Shown: positions 10,904-20,630 of the stretch, piece by piece
Position numbering within the stretch: position 1 is the stretch's first letter
Layout of the letters: every line of letters begins with the position of its first letter
Source of the DNA: Minisyncoccota bacterium
GTDB taxonomy: Bacteria; Patescibacteriota; Minisyncoccia; Phycocordibacterales; JABAAK01
Direction of reading: 5' to 3'
Length of the DNA: 64,000 nucleotides
Assembly (NCBI GenBank): GCA_958295675.1
Contig: OY282360.1
Location: 530,026-594,025, forward strand
The notes under the pieces: generated by a model
What the model saw: the letters and a program-made list of their open reading frames with translations, nothing else
Databases searched by the model: none
What the model was told of the DNA's origin: nothing
Translations under genes and position numbers: made by a program

Positions 10904-11855
10904 AAGTGTACATATCATCCTCTTCGCTCTCCCCATCCGAATCATTACCATCCTCATCAGGATAAAACGCATTATCGCTATCCTCGGGTATCGGTATATC
11001 CTGAACAGTACTCGCGCTAATCTGCTGCGCGCGCAATCGGTCAACAATACCTTTCAAATCATCACCGGAAAAATAATCAATGACAATTTTTCCGCCGTTC
11101 TCACCTTGCGACTGAATATACACCCTCGTGTCCAGCAACCCCTCTATAACCGATTGCACTTCTTCTATATACGGGTCGCCGTTTTTCTTGCGCACGCGAT
11201 CGGATGCCTGCCGGCGGGCTATAATCTCTGATTCCCGCACGGTAATTCTCCGCTGTAGTATCTCATCAAACAATGTCCGCTGTTTCTGCGGATCGTCCAC
11301 CAACATCAGCAGCGGACGGGTATGCCCCTCGGAAATCTTGCCGTCAATGACGGCCTGAATAATGTCATCAGCAAGGGTTAACAGTCGCAAACTATTTGAA
11401 ATATATTCCCGGCTCCTGCTCATACGGTGTGCGACCTCTGTGTGTGTCATAGAAAATTCGTCAATTAACCGCCGGAACGCGCGCGCGCGATCTATAGGAT
11501 TCAAATCCTCCCGCTGCAGATTCTCTATAATAGCGAGTTCAAGACGCACATTATCATCCTGTATATCAGAACGAATCACCGCGGGGATTTGCAGCAGTCC
11601 CGCGATTTTTGAAGCGCGTAAACGCCGCTCTCCGGCGATAAGTTCATACCGGACGGACATGTCGCCGGAATCGGCAAGTGCCTCTTTTTTTGTTACCACC
11701 AACGGCTGCAAAACACCGTATCGGCGAATTGACTGCGCTAAATCATCTAATTTACCGTCCGCAAACTCTTTCCGTGGCTGAAATGGATTCGGATCAATCT
11801 TTTCAACTGCAATCCAAAAAACAGATAGCGAAGGGGTGCCGGGTGTTTCATCCAT
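10884..11855 (-). CDS. parB: ParB/Spo0J partition protein
   Basis: PNPFQPR, IAGERRLRA, ENLQREDL, HTH. Confidence 0.95.
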   Translation of the reverse strand: MDETPGTPSLSVFWIAVEKIDPNPFQPRKEFADGKLDDLAQSIRRYGVLQPLVVTKKEALADSGDMSVRYELIAGERRLRASKIAGLLQIPAVIRSDIQDDNVRLELAIIENLQREDLNPIDRARAFRRLIDEFSMTHTEVAHRMSRSREYISNSLRLLTLADDIIQAVIDGKISEGHTRPLLMLVDDPQKQRTLFDEILQRRITVRESEIIARRQASDRVRKKNGDPYIEEVQSVIEGLLDTRVYIQSQGENGGKIVIDYFSGDDLKGIVDRLRAQQISASTVQDIPIPEDSDNAFYPDEDGNDSDGESEEDDMYTFKNFSL

Positions 11856-11952
11856 ACAAAATCAGTATACAATATATACTACGGATGCGGTACAAATACA
11901 ATACAATTGACGCGTGTCGGATAACAATACCCGCCGTTACAGCACGCTGAAT

Positions 11953-12024
11953 GGGTCTATAGTTTAATTGGTAAAATAGCGGTCTCCAAAACCGCCGTTC
12001 CAGGTTCAAGTCCTGGTGGACCCG
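11953..12024 (+). tRNA. tRNA-Trp(CCA)
   Basis: Acceptor GGGTCTA/TGGACCC, anticodon arm gcggt-ctCCAaa-accgc, T arm ccagg-ttcaagt-cctgg. Confidence 0.95.
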
Positions 12025-12059
12025 CTAAAATGCGCCGGATACCATATACCGCCGTCTTT

Positions 12060-12959
12060 TCAGACATGCGCATACACATCATCAAGGTATCTATACATAT
12101 CCTTGAACTCATGCTCTTGAAACCACATTGCCCCGGAATATCGCCGCCACCAGGTCTCCTGCCGTTTCGCATACGCGACAGTCGCGCGTAATAGATTGGT
12201 ATAGGTATCTTCTTTAGACACACCTTGCGTGAACATTCTGCTGACATGCCGGCATTCAAGTCCGAGCCCGTCCAACCAGTCAGGGTCAATGCCTGTATCC
12301 AGCAAATTACGCACTTCATCTATCATCGCATCAAAACGCGCATCAAGCCGCAGAGCAATCCGCTCGCGCACATGCTTCCTGCTGTGCTTGATACCGACTA
12401 TTTTGTGCGCGTACCGCTCACGCCGCTCTTGCGGAACAAATCTACCGAATGAACGAATCACTTCAAGCGCGCGAATAACACGACGAGGGTTGTGCGTATC
12501 CACCCGATCATACGCTTTTGAATCCTTCTCCCGCAATTCCCGCACCAATGAATCTCTGTCTCTGTGTTCCAATTCCCTACGATATGACGGATCAGACGGT
12601 GCATTACTCATTGAGCCGTCAAAGAGCAGGGTGTCAATATAAAAACCAGTACCGCCGGCAACAATAGGAATCGAACCGCGCGTATATATATCCGCTATGT
12701 GCCGCGAAGCGGCATCAACAAATAAATGCGCATTATATGACTCACCGGGCGGCACAACATCAAGCATGTGATGAGGAACACCGCGCATTTCCTCCTCGGA
12801 AATCTTACCGGTGGTGTAAAACAGTGATTGGTATACCTGCCTTGAATCGGCAGATATAACTTCCCCGCCATAGCGCAACGCAAGATCAACCGCTAAATCA
12901 CTCTTACCGCTCGCGGTCGGTCCGATAATAACAAGCAACGGAGGATACTGCTGCGACAT
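12060..12959 (-). CDS. miaA: tRNA dimethylallyltransferase
   Basis: GPTASGKS, ISADSRQVY, VPHHML, GGTGFY, YAKRQETW. Confidence 0.96.
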   Translation of the reverse strand: MSQQYPPLLVIIGPTASGKSDLAVDLALRYGGEVISADSRQVYQSLFYTTGKISEEEMRGVPHHMLDVVPPGESYNAHLFVDAASRHIADIYTRGSIPIVAGGTGFYIDTLLFDGSMSNAPSDPSYRRELEHRDRDSLVRELREKDSKAYDRVDTHNPRRVIRALEVIRSFGRFVPQERRERYAHKIVGIKHSRKHVRERIALRLDARFDAMIDEVRNLLDTGIDPDWLDGLGLECRHVSRMFTQGVSKEDTYTNLLRATVAYAKRQETWWRRYSGAMWFQEHEFKDMYRYLDDVYAHV

Positions 12960-13047
12960 ATATACCATAAGTATAATACATATATTTCTAACACTCATGC
13001 TACCAACAATTGATGCTGATAAAATTTTTACTTTTCTCTTTAATAAG

Positions 13048-13075
13048 TTGACAAAATATAGTTTTTATCTATAAT
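13048..13075 (+). promoter_or_regulatory. Consensus sigma70 promoter
   Basis: TTGACA-16nt-TATAAT. Confidence 0.7.
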
Positions 13076-13137
13076 ATATACTAGGAGTGGAGGAGTATAA
13101 CAACTCTTTCATTGTTACACTTAAAGGAGCAACACAC

Positions 13138-13830
13138 ATGGGTCGTAAGACACCTTTCATCATCGTTGCGCTTGTCATGGCAATGAGCGGTTGGACCGCT
13201 CTCGCTGAGGACAAGGGTACCGATACCGATGCCAGCACCGCAGAAGTTGAAAGCGGACATACCGCTGTGGACAACGGTACCGACGCCAGAGGCGACTTCG
13301 TTCAGCATCGGGTAGACCAGGTTTCCAGTTTCGCCGAAGCATTGGCGAACATGTATCCGGACAATCGGGTAGACCAGGTTTCCAGTTTCGCCGAAGCATT
13401 GGCGAACATGTATCCGGACAATCGGGTAGACGCGGTTTCCAGTTTCGCTGAAGTATTGGCGAACATGAATCTGGATCTGGAGAAGTCCTGTTTGTCCAGT
13501 ACCTCTCTTTCTCCGCCTGCCGCACAGAAGCACGCGGAGAATTGGCAGAAGTTGGTTGATTCGGGTGCCGACATCGATGTGTCGGACATAACGTTTCAAG
13601 TGTTTCTTGCCACCATGGACAGCAGCACGCGCGATGTTCAGTGTTTCCCAAGAAATTGTCCATGGTCACATGAGGAAATTGATTGGGATGACGGCGACGA
13701 CAGACTCGCCTATGTCCGGTGGATGGCAAATGCCAGTACCGAGGATTTGAAGGCCTGTCTCAGCGGCACGGAGATTACTCCGCTTGCGGCGCAAACGCAC
13801 GCAGAGAACTGGTTGGTGGCGGCAGAGTAA
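13138..13830 (+). CDS. Secreted acidic hypothetical protein, copy 1
   Basis: AAGGAG upstream, signal peptide MGRKTPFIIVALVMAMSGWTALA, 57-bp internal repeats at 13307/13364/13421. Confidence 0.8.
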   Translation: MGRKTPFIIVALVMAMSGWTALAEDKGTDTDASTAEVESGHTAVDNGTDARGDFVQHRVDQVSSFAEALANMYPDNRVDQVSSFAEALANMYPDNRVDAVSSFAEVLANMNLDLEKSCLSSTSLSPPAAQKHAENWQKLVDSGADIDVSDITFQVFLATMDSSTRDVQCFPRNCPWSHEEIDWDDGDDRLAYVRWMANASTEDLKACLSGTEITPLAAQTHAENWLVAAE

Positions 13831-13842
13831 TCATCCCCCCAT

Positions 13843-13884
13843 TAAACCCAATAGGAGTCCGCTCCTGTTGGGTTTATTTTTTTT
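13843..13884 (+). terminator. Intrinsic terminator (repeated at about 14635-14675)
   Basis: aaacccaataggag/ctcctgttgggttt hairpin followed by a T-tract. Confidence 0.75.
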
Positions 13885-13964
13885 AATATTAGTCGTGCGC
13901 GTCTGCCCGTGCCGTCAATCTCTGATTGACGCTGACAGAGTTTTTTACTTTTCTCTTTAATAAG

Positions 13965-13992
13965 TTGACAAAATATAGTTTTTATCTATAAT
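13965..13992 (+). promoter_or_regulatory. Consensus sigma70 promoter (duplicate)
   Basis: TTGACA-16nt-TATAAT, identical to 13048. Confidence 0.7.
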
Positions 13993-14054
13993 ATATATTA
14001 GGAGTGGAGGAGTATAACAACTCCTTCATTGTTACACTTAAAGGAGCAACACAC

Positions 14055-14621
14055 ATGGGTCGTAAGACACCTTTCATCATCGTTGCGCTTGTCATGGCAA
14101 TGAGCGGTTGGACCGCTTTCGCCGAGGACAAGAGTACCGATACCGATGCCAGCACCGCAGAAGTTGAAAGCGGACACACCACGGACAATGTGGAAAAGGA
14201 GACCAACAAAGTCCAGGACGACTCGGACGAGATCATTTTCGCTGAAGTATTGGCGAACATGAATCTGGATCTGGAGAAGTCCAAGGCATGCCTCTCCAGC
14301 ACCACTTTTTCTGGTGAATACAAGGAGTACCCTTCTGAGGACTTTGTGAAGTTGATAGAGGGTGCTGTTGATTTGGACACATCGTTTCAAGTGTTTCTTG
14401 CCATCATGGAAAGCAGCACGCGCGATGTTCAGTGTTTCCCAAGAAATTGTCCATGGTCACATGAGGAAATTGATTGGGATGACGACGACGACAGACTCGC
14501 CTATGCCCGGTGGATGGCAAATGCCAGTGCCGAGGATGTGAAAGCGTGCCTCAGCTCTACCGTTATTACTCCGCTTGCGACGCAAACGCACGCAGAGAAC
14601 TGGTTGGCGGCGGCAGAGTAA
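14055..14621 (+). CDS. Secreted acidic hypothetical protein, copy 2
   Basis: Near-identical signal peptide and C-terminus to 13138-13830, different middle. Confidence 0.8.
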   Translation: MGRKTPFIIVALVMAMSGWTAFAEDKSTDTDASTAEVESGHTTDNVEKETNKVQDDSDEIIFAEVLANMNLDLEKSKACLSSTTFSGEYKEYPSEDFVKLIEGAVDLDTSFQVFLAIMESSTRDVQCFPRNCPWSHEEIDWDDDDDRLAYARWMANASAEDVKACLSSTVITPLATQTHAENWLAAAE

Positions 14622-14680
14622 TCATCCCCCCATTAAACCCAATAGGAGTCCGCTCCTGTTGGGTTTATTTTTTTAATATT

Positions 14681-14951
14681 AGTCATGCGCGTCTGCCCGT
14701 GCCGTCAATCTCTGATTGACGCTGACGGATAGTCGCCACGGAGTGGCGGAATGATGGGGTGCCGGAGGCGGGAGTTGAACCCGCACACCCGAAGGTACAC
14801 GATTTTGAGTCGTGCGCGTCTGCCCGTGCCGTCAATCTCTGATTGACGCTGACGGATAGTCGCCACGGAGTGGCGGAATGATGGGGTGCCGGAGGCGGGA
14901 GTTGAACCCGCACACCCGAAGGTACACGATTTTGAGTCGTGCGCGTCTGCC
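14681..14951. repeat. 127-bp tandem repeat built from tRNA-Leu sequence plus a hairpin spacer
   Basis: agtc(a/g)tgcgcgtctgcc at 14681/14808/14935; partial copy at 13891. Confidence 0.9.
14760..14824 (-). pseudogene. 5'-truncated copy of tRNA-Leu(CAA)
   Basis: Identical to the 3' 65 nt of the intact tRNA; first 17 nt missing. Confidence 0.85.
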
Positions 14952-14968
14952 AATTCCGCCACTCCGGC
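14887..14968 (-). tRNA. tRNA-Leu(CAA)
   Basis: GCCGGAG/CTCCGGC acceptor, cacga-ctCAAaa-tcgtg, long variable arm, ttcaact T loop. Confidence 0.95.
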
Positions 14969-15006
14969 ATATAAAACAGTATAACAAACAGATATAGCAC
15001 TTCCTT

Positions 15007-17304
15007 CTACCGTACTTCAAACCCGTTTTTTTGCAGCACAGCATTCAATGCTTCCATACATACATTCACTGTGGAATCATCAAGAGTTCTGTCATCCGAT
15101 TGGAACACAAGACGAAACGCATACGATACTTTTCCGTCTTTTTCAAAGGTATCAAACATATTCACACGGCGCAGGTATTCACCGCCGTGTTCCCGGAGCA
15201 GATGTTCTGTCTGTTCTACCGTCGTGCCGTCCGGAACAAATACAGCAATATCCCGCAACACAAACGGAAACGGAGAAAACGGCGTATAGCGCACACGACC
15301 GATAACCGGAGGAAAATCATACGCATCCGGTTCAAGCGGCACTTCATCAAGCGGCACTTCCCAAACACCACCATCAAAACCGCCGGGAATAGGAAGTGCC
15401 TTCTTTATACTCTTTTCTATCTCCTTGATATCAGGCCCCGATCTGCCGAGTGTCGCGGTAATGCCGAGTGCAAGATGTATACTCTCACCACGCTCTGTAA
15501 ATACAGAACCAATCTCCATAATACGAATATCAGACACCCCGAGTAATTCTCCGACATAGGCATTTCTTTCAAGGGCTTCCTCAATCCCTTTTCTCAGGTC
15601 AGTACGCAGACACCCTTTATCCGCAGCGACAGGATGCGAAACACATACATCACCTTTCTCAAAGAATGAATGGGTAATCACTTCAGAAAAACCAAAAACA
15701 CGCAACGACTTCACAAGGGCAAGATGCTTCGCGAATATCGGCTCAACAGATTGCTCGCTTTGTGATGGTATAGCGGTCGGAGCGGCGCTCGGCACTGTGT
15801 CATAACCGAGTATTCTGCCGACTTCTTCAGTTAAATCAAACGCATTCCGTATATCAGGTCGTTCAACCGGCACAGTCACAACAAAACGCCTTTCATTATC
15901 CCAAATACTCGCCGCATATAGCATGCGTTTCCGGTCAAATTTCTTTGTCACCACGGCATTCGCACCGCTGCTTCCTTCCGCTTCAACAATGGTATCAGCA
16001 TCCAAAAGAACAGCGACATGATTAAATCCTGTCTTGACCGATCCGGGAGAGACAGGGTACCCCGATTCATACACCGATTCCGTGTGCAACGGAAGATTCC
16101 TGTCATCCGACTCCATGAAAATAAGATCGCCCGGACGGGGGTCAGTAACCTCAGCAGCGGAAAGAAATTGATTAACGGATATGCGCGGAATAGATTTTCC
16201 CGCACGCGACGCGCACCAGCAAACGAGCGATGAGCAATCAAAAGCATCGGGGGCATCTTTAGTAACAGACGCTCCCCACTTATACGGCTTGCCTGTCTGC
16301 GCTTTCACTGTTTCAATGAACAATGCGCGCGGGTCTTCATATGTGTGCGGCAATTGCAGTCGCTCAAGCGCGGCGCGCACATCCTCTTCAGTATGCGATG
16401 ATCCGAGTATAGCATTCACTTCGGCGACCGAGATGCCGGTCATCCGGCGGTGTCCGATCGGCACCCGCTTGCTGTCAAAAGAATCAACGATAGTACCGTG
16501 TTCACCGAAAACTTCTGCCGCACGATGAGCACTGTAACCGACAAGTTCCGGGGGAATATTCTGCGAAAATCGCAAGGAAGCATCCGAAACAAGATTGAGT
16601 CGTCGCATCGTGCGGCGGATAGTCGCGCCACGAAAGGTTGCTGATTCAATATAAATACTCTTCGTGTCCGGACTGACTCCGGTATCTTCCCCGCCCTTCA
16701 CACCGGCAAGCGCAACAACTCGGTCGGCATCAGTGATAACTATATCATCAGAAGAAAGCGTAACAGTGTCCCCGCCAAGCAGCGTGAGTGTTTCACCGTC
16801 ACGCGCTTGCCGCACACCGAACTCACCGGATACCTTTTCCGCGTCAAATGCGTGTATTGGCTGACCGATATCAAAAAGCACATAATTAGAGAGATCAACA
16901 ATCGGATTAATGCTCCGCTGCCCTATCGCCTCAAGCCGCAACCGTATCTCTTCGGGTGTTTCCTGCAATGACACATCATCAACTTTCATAATGGTATACC
17001 GATCACAGTACTCTGTCTGTATACACGCCGCCTCCCGCGCAAACTGAAACGGTTCCGTAAAATAGTGACGACGCATAGTCAGCGAAAAAACAGCAGCGAT
17101 TTCCTTCGCGACACCGTAATGTGCAAGACAATCAACCGACCGATTCGGCAGGATATCCAGTTCATACACGGTATCATCGCCGTTCCGCACTACATCCTCA
17201 ACCTCAAACGCATGCCGCATCAGACCGTCCGAAACTATATCCGGTGACGGCAACGGTTCGTTAAAAAATGATTGTAACCATGCGTGACTGTATATTCCCT
17301 TCAT
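15007..17304 (-). CDS. pheT: Phenylalanine-tRNA ligase beta subunit, lacking B2 and with an NlpC/P60 domain inserted in B5
   Basis: ILPNRxDCL, INPIVDLSNYV, GQPIHAFD, RPDI...DLTEEVGRILGY, FDX-ACB end; downstream of pheS. Confidence 0.95.
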   Translation of the reverse strand: MKGIYSHAWLQSFFNEPLPSPDIVSDGLMRHAFEVEDVVRNGDDTVYELDILPNRSVDCLAHYGVAKEIAAVFSLTMRRHYFTEPFQFAREAACIQTEYCDRYTIMKVDDVSLQETPEEIRLRLEAIGQRSINPIVDLSNYVLFDIGQPIHAFDAEKVSGEFGVRQARDGETLTLLGGDTVTLSSDDIVITDADRVVALAGVKGGEDTGVSPDTKSIYIESATFRGATIRRTMRRLNLVSDASLRFSQNIPPELVGYSAHRAAEVFGEHGTIVDSFDSKRVPIGHRRMTGISVAEVNAILGSSHTEEDVRAALERLQLPHTYEDPRALFIETVKAQTGKPYKWGASVTKDAPDAFDCSSLVCWCASRAGKSIPRISVNQFLSAAEVTDPRPGDLIFMESDDRNLPLHTESVYESGYPVSPGSVKTGFNHVAVLLDADTIVEAEGSSGANAVVTKKFDRKRMLYAASIWDNERRFVVTVPVERPDIRNAFDLTEEVGRILGYDTVPSAAPTAIPSQSEQSVEPIFAKHLALVKSLRVFGFSEVITHSFFEKGDVCVSHPVAADKGCLRTDLRKGIEEALERNAYVGELLGVSDIRIMEIGSVFTERGESIHLALGITATLGRSGPDIKEIEKSIKKALPIPGGFDGGVWEVPLDEVPLEPDAYDFPPVIGRVRYTPFSPFPFVLRDIAVFVPDGTTVEQTEHLLREHGGEYLRRVNMFDTFEKDGKVSYAFRLVFQSDDRTLDDSTVNVCMEALNAVLQKNGFEVR

Positions 17305-17305
17305 A

Positions 17306-18010
17306 CTAAAATTGATTAATAAAACGCAAATCAGCCCTGTAGAGCATACGCACATCATCAAATCGATAGCGCAGCATGGCAATACGATCAATTCCTATCC
17401 CAAAAGCGAATCCGCGGTATATCCGGGAATTAATACCGACACGAGAAAAAATATGCTGATGCACCATGCCGCATCCGAGTATCTCTATCCAATCCCGGTC
17501 GCCGACCCGCTTCATATCAACTTCCAAACTCGGTTCCGTAAACGGAAAGAAGCTCGGACGATAACGCATCTCAATATCATTTCCGAATATGCGACGCAGC
17601 ACGGTATCAAGAACACCCTTCATGTGCGCAAGCGAAGTGTCTTCGGTCACACACAACCCTTCAAGTTGATGAAACTGTGCACCATGTGTCGCATCGGTTG
17701 CCTCATTTCTGAACACCTTACCGGGTACAACAATACGGATTGGCGGCTGATGCGTTTCCATATACCGTACCTGCATCGGCGAAGTATGTGTACGAAGCAC
17801 TGCACCGGGACAACCTTTAATCCAAAAAGTGTCCTGCATTTCCCTGGCAGGATGGTCAGCTGAAACATTCAGCGCATCAAAGTTATAATATTCATCCTCC
17901 AATTCAGGACCGACTGCGACCGTATACCCAAGACCGTCAAAAATACTGACCAATTCACTGGTAATCGCAGTAATCGGATGAACACCCTTCTGTTTTCCGG
18001 TCGTTTCCAT
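17306..18010 (-). CDS. pheS: Phenylalanine-tRNA ligase alpha subunit (no N-terminal coiled coil)
   Basis: HPAREMQDTF, LRTHTS, FHQLEG, FPFTEPS, GFAFGIGIDR. Confidence 0.97.
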   Translation of the reverse strand: METTGKQKGVHPITAITSELVSIFDGLGYTVAVGPELEDEYYNFDALNVSADHPAREMQDTFWIKGCPGAVLRTHTSPMQVRYMETHQPPIRIVVPGKVFRNEATDATHGAQFHQLEGLCVTEDTSLAHMKGVLDTVLRRIFGNDIEMRYRPSFFPFTEPSLEVDMKRVGDRDWIEILGCGMVHQHIFSRVGINSRIYRGFAFGIGIDRIAMLRYRFDDVRMLYRADLRFINQF

Positions 18011-18036
18011 ATACTATAATTCTAGTATATCACACC

Positions 18037-18492
18037 ATGAAAGTGCTACTGCTTGAAAATATACGAAGCATATTGAATGTCGGCAGTATATTCAGAACCG
18101 CTGATGCTGTCGGAGTGGAAGAAATACTATTAGTCGGCTACACACCCTCCCCGATTGACCGCATGGGAAGAAAAAACGAGAAATTAATTAAAACCGCACT
18201 CGGTGCGGAACAAACAGTGCAGTGGACACAATACAAAACCGTAACAGAAGCATTGCGGGAACGGAACAACCACACGCCAATTATCGTGGAGCAGACCGAC
18301 CGGGCGATACCGTACACCGAACTGAGTGTTACCAATCCGATATTTATATTCGGCAACGAAACAGAAGGTGTAACACAAGAAACGCATGACGCTGTGACAC
18401 AGCATATATATCTGCCGATGCGCGGAAAGAAAGAATCGCTCAATGTCGCTGTTTGCGCTGCTGTGATACTATATCACTTTTCAGAGTTATGA
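18037..18492 (+). CDS. SpoU/TrmH family RNA methyltransferase
   Basis: NVGSIFRTA, FGNETEG, PMRG..ESLNVAV. Confidence 0.92.
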   Translation: MKVLLLENIRSILNVGSIFRTADAVGVEEILLVGYTPSPIDRMGRKNEKLIKTALGAEQTVQWTQYKTVTEALRERNNHTPIIVEQTDRAIPYTELSVTNPIFIFGNETEGVTQETHDAVTQHIYLPMRGKKESLNVAVCAAVILYHFSEL

Positions 18493-18550
18493 GTATACAA
18501 AGTGCGCGCTATGCAGTATCCGGTTTCTAAAAAAGTGGAATTCTTTTCTG

Positions 18551-19144
18551 TTAAGACCGTTCAGTATATACAAACCGCCAAAGACGCTCCGTTCCCTTTG
18601 AAATACCTATACGCGGTGTGCGCTGAATTGACATCGGTATGTCTTCTCTCCCCAATACATACACCGCGGATTCCGCATCTGTCAGATTAACGCCATTGTG
18701 CCGTTTTTCAATAGCAAACGCCTGACACAACTTTCCGGGTCCGTTCATAATATCACGGTCACACACCGTGCGCTTTCCTGTGCCAAGCCGTTGTCTGTTT
18801 TGTCTGGCAAGAGCAAGACCTTCAATCGGTTTTGCCGCGCGCACTAGCACAGCGGAACCGAAACCTTCTTTCTCCGAAACAATATTAAGACAGTGATACA
18901 TGCCGTAGGTGAAATATACATACAGATGTCCGCCGCCTAAGAACATGACTTCATTTCTTTTAGTTCTCCTGCCGCCGAAAGTATGCGACGCTTCATCTCT
19001 CTCGGTATACGCCTCCGTCTCGCAAATAACACCGGCAATCCTGCCGTCCGGGGTCTCATGTACTAACACACATCCAAGCAAATCTTTCGCGAGATGCACT
19101 GTGGATCGCTTTCTGAAAAAATCCCCTGTTACTCTTTTTCCCAT
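18551..19144 (-). CDS. mpg: DNA-3-methyladenine glycosylase (MPG/AAG)
   Basis: ETEAY, YVYFTYGMY, NGPGKLCQA, PRIGIS. Confidence 0.95.
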   Translation of the reverse strand: MGKRVTGDFFRKRSTVHLAKDLLGCVLVHETPDGRIAGVICETEAYTERDEASHTFGGRRTKRNEVMFLGGGHLYVYFTYGMYHCLNIVSEKEGFGSAVLVRAAKPIEGLALARQNRQRLGTGKRTVCDRDIMNGPGKLCQAFAIEKRHNGVNLTDAESAVYVLGREDIPMSIQRTPRIGISKGTERLWRFVYTERS

Positions 19145-19243
19145 TATTCTTCAGTGTATCATCAGCGCAATATATCAAAATATACTATACTGACATAAGT
19201 ATCCGTTAGGATACTTAACCCGCAACACAAAAAGGAGTGTTCC

Positions 19244-19642
19244 ATGAACCTGATAAAGGTGCTTCAAGCGGCAAGTGAGTGGATTCAGAAGAAATTAGCC
19301 GATGAGGAAACATGCTTTTTCTGGGATGAGACGCATGGGACGCGATGGTTCAAGCGAAGAATCTGGACACACCTTGCAAGAAGTCGGCATGTGTCCGTTC
19401 GATGCATTATCGCGGGAAAACGGTGTATGCCGGAATCAGTGCTCAGCGACATGCTTGCAGATCCGGACAAGAGAGTCAGGGGAATAGCGGCACATAACCC
19501 TATGACACCATGGGGTTACAGGAAATTGACAGTCCTTGATGAAGAGGAAGAGGAATGTCTAAGACAGGCATATCCCGCTCAAGGACGAAACATACAATCT
19601 CGTCCTGATTCTGACACACAAACTCTTAAGTCCCGTTTCTAA
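19244..19642 (+). CDS. Hypothetical protein with a HEAT/LRV-like motif
   Basis: AAGGAG upstream; LADPDKRVRGIAAHNPMTP. Confidence 0.6.
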   Translation: MNLIKVLQAASEWIQKKLADEETCFFWDETHGTRWFKRRIWTHLARSRHVSVRCIIAGKRCMPESVLSDMLADPDKRVRGIAAHNPMTPWGYRKLTVLDEEEEECLRQAYPAQGRNIQSRPDSDTQTLKSRF

Positions 19643-20022
19643 CGGGACTTATTTTTCTTTGCGTTTTTCCTTTCAACCAATTTCCGCAAGTACGGAGAAA
19701 TTTTTGTCACCGGACGGTTTTTGATATGCATCCGACCTGTTTTAAGAATCTGATACTTCCCTTTTGTCTCCGCGATAGGATCGGTAATCGGATCAATAAG
19801 ATCGCTTTCAACCGCATCACTCCCCTTCTCATATATACGCATTAAACCGCGCAGATGCCGCCTGAATCGCTGCAATATATCAAACAATTTCTGATCAAGA
19901 GCAAGTCGCACATCAGAAGCGAAACGATTGCCGTAATTGACCTCCATAACGACTAACATCACATATCCGATTGCCACGCCGGACAGAATAAAAATTGAAT
20001 ATATAACAAATGCAGTTCCCAT
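19639..20022 (-). CDS. Hypothetical membrane-anchored protein
   Basis: N-terminal TM, TATACT upstream. Confidence 0.65.
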   Translation of the reverse strand: MGTAFVIYSIFILSGVAIGYVMLVVMEVNYGNRFASDVRLALDQKLFDILQRFRRHLRGLMRIYEKGSDAVESDLIDPITDPIAETKGKYQILKTGRMHIKNRPVTKISPYLRKLVERKNAKKNKSR

Positions 20023-20047
20023 ATACTGTCAGGAAGTATACCATCAA

Positions 20048-20629
20048 TTACAAACTCCAAACAACAAATCTTCCTATCTCCAGACGCTCACCGAATTTCT
20101 GCACCGCTTCTTCAACAAGATTCTGAATAGTTCTGCTCTCATCTTTCAAAAACGATTGTTCAAGCAAAACGACTTCTTTCATTTTTGAATCGGTCATGCC
20201 CTGCAGAATTTTTTCCTGCACATCTTGCGGTTTACTTGAGTCCACCTCTCCTTTCAATTCAAAAATCACCTGATCCATCACCTCCTTCGGCACAGAATCC
20301 CGCGAAAGATACTGCGGCTGAAACGCTGCGCAGTGCATAGCGATATCACGAGCAAGGGCGACAAATTCTTCATTATTCGCGACGAAGTCAGTTTCACACA
20401 ACAACTCAACCATAGCACCGATACGGTTCGTATTATGAATATACGCCTGCACAACACCGGAGCCGAGATGACGATCCGCCTTCTTCTGCGCGGTCAAAGA
20501 CCCTCGTTCACGCAGTACATCACGCGCCTTATCCATATCACCGCCGGTCTCCTCAAGCGCATCCTTACACTTCGCTATGGAATGTCCGGTCTCATCCCGT
20601 AATTTTTTAATCAAACCTATATCTGCCAT
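20048..20629 (-). CDS. tsf: Elongation factor Ts, short form
   Basis: IKKLRDETG..CK.AL, ELLCETDFVA; follows rpsB. Confidence 0.96.
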   Translation of the reverse strand: MADIGLIKKLRDETGHSIAKCKDALEETGGDMDKARDVLRERGSLTAQKKADRHLGSGVVQAYIHNTNRIGAMVELLCETDFVANNEEFVALARDIAMHCAAFQPQYLSRDSVPKEVMDQVIFELKGEVDSSKPQDVQEKILQGMTDSKMKEVVLLEQSFLKDESRTIQNLVEEAVQKFGERLEIGRFVVWSL

Positions 20630-20630
20630 A

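Noticed and set aside
14700-14824. Permuted or split tRNA
   Set aside because: The missing 5' part is present only in antisense orientation
14681-14951. CRISPR array
   Set aside because: Identical 127-bp units made of tRNA sequence; no unique spacers and no cas genes
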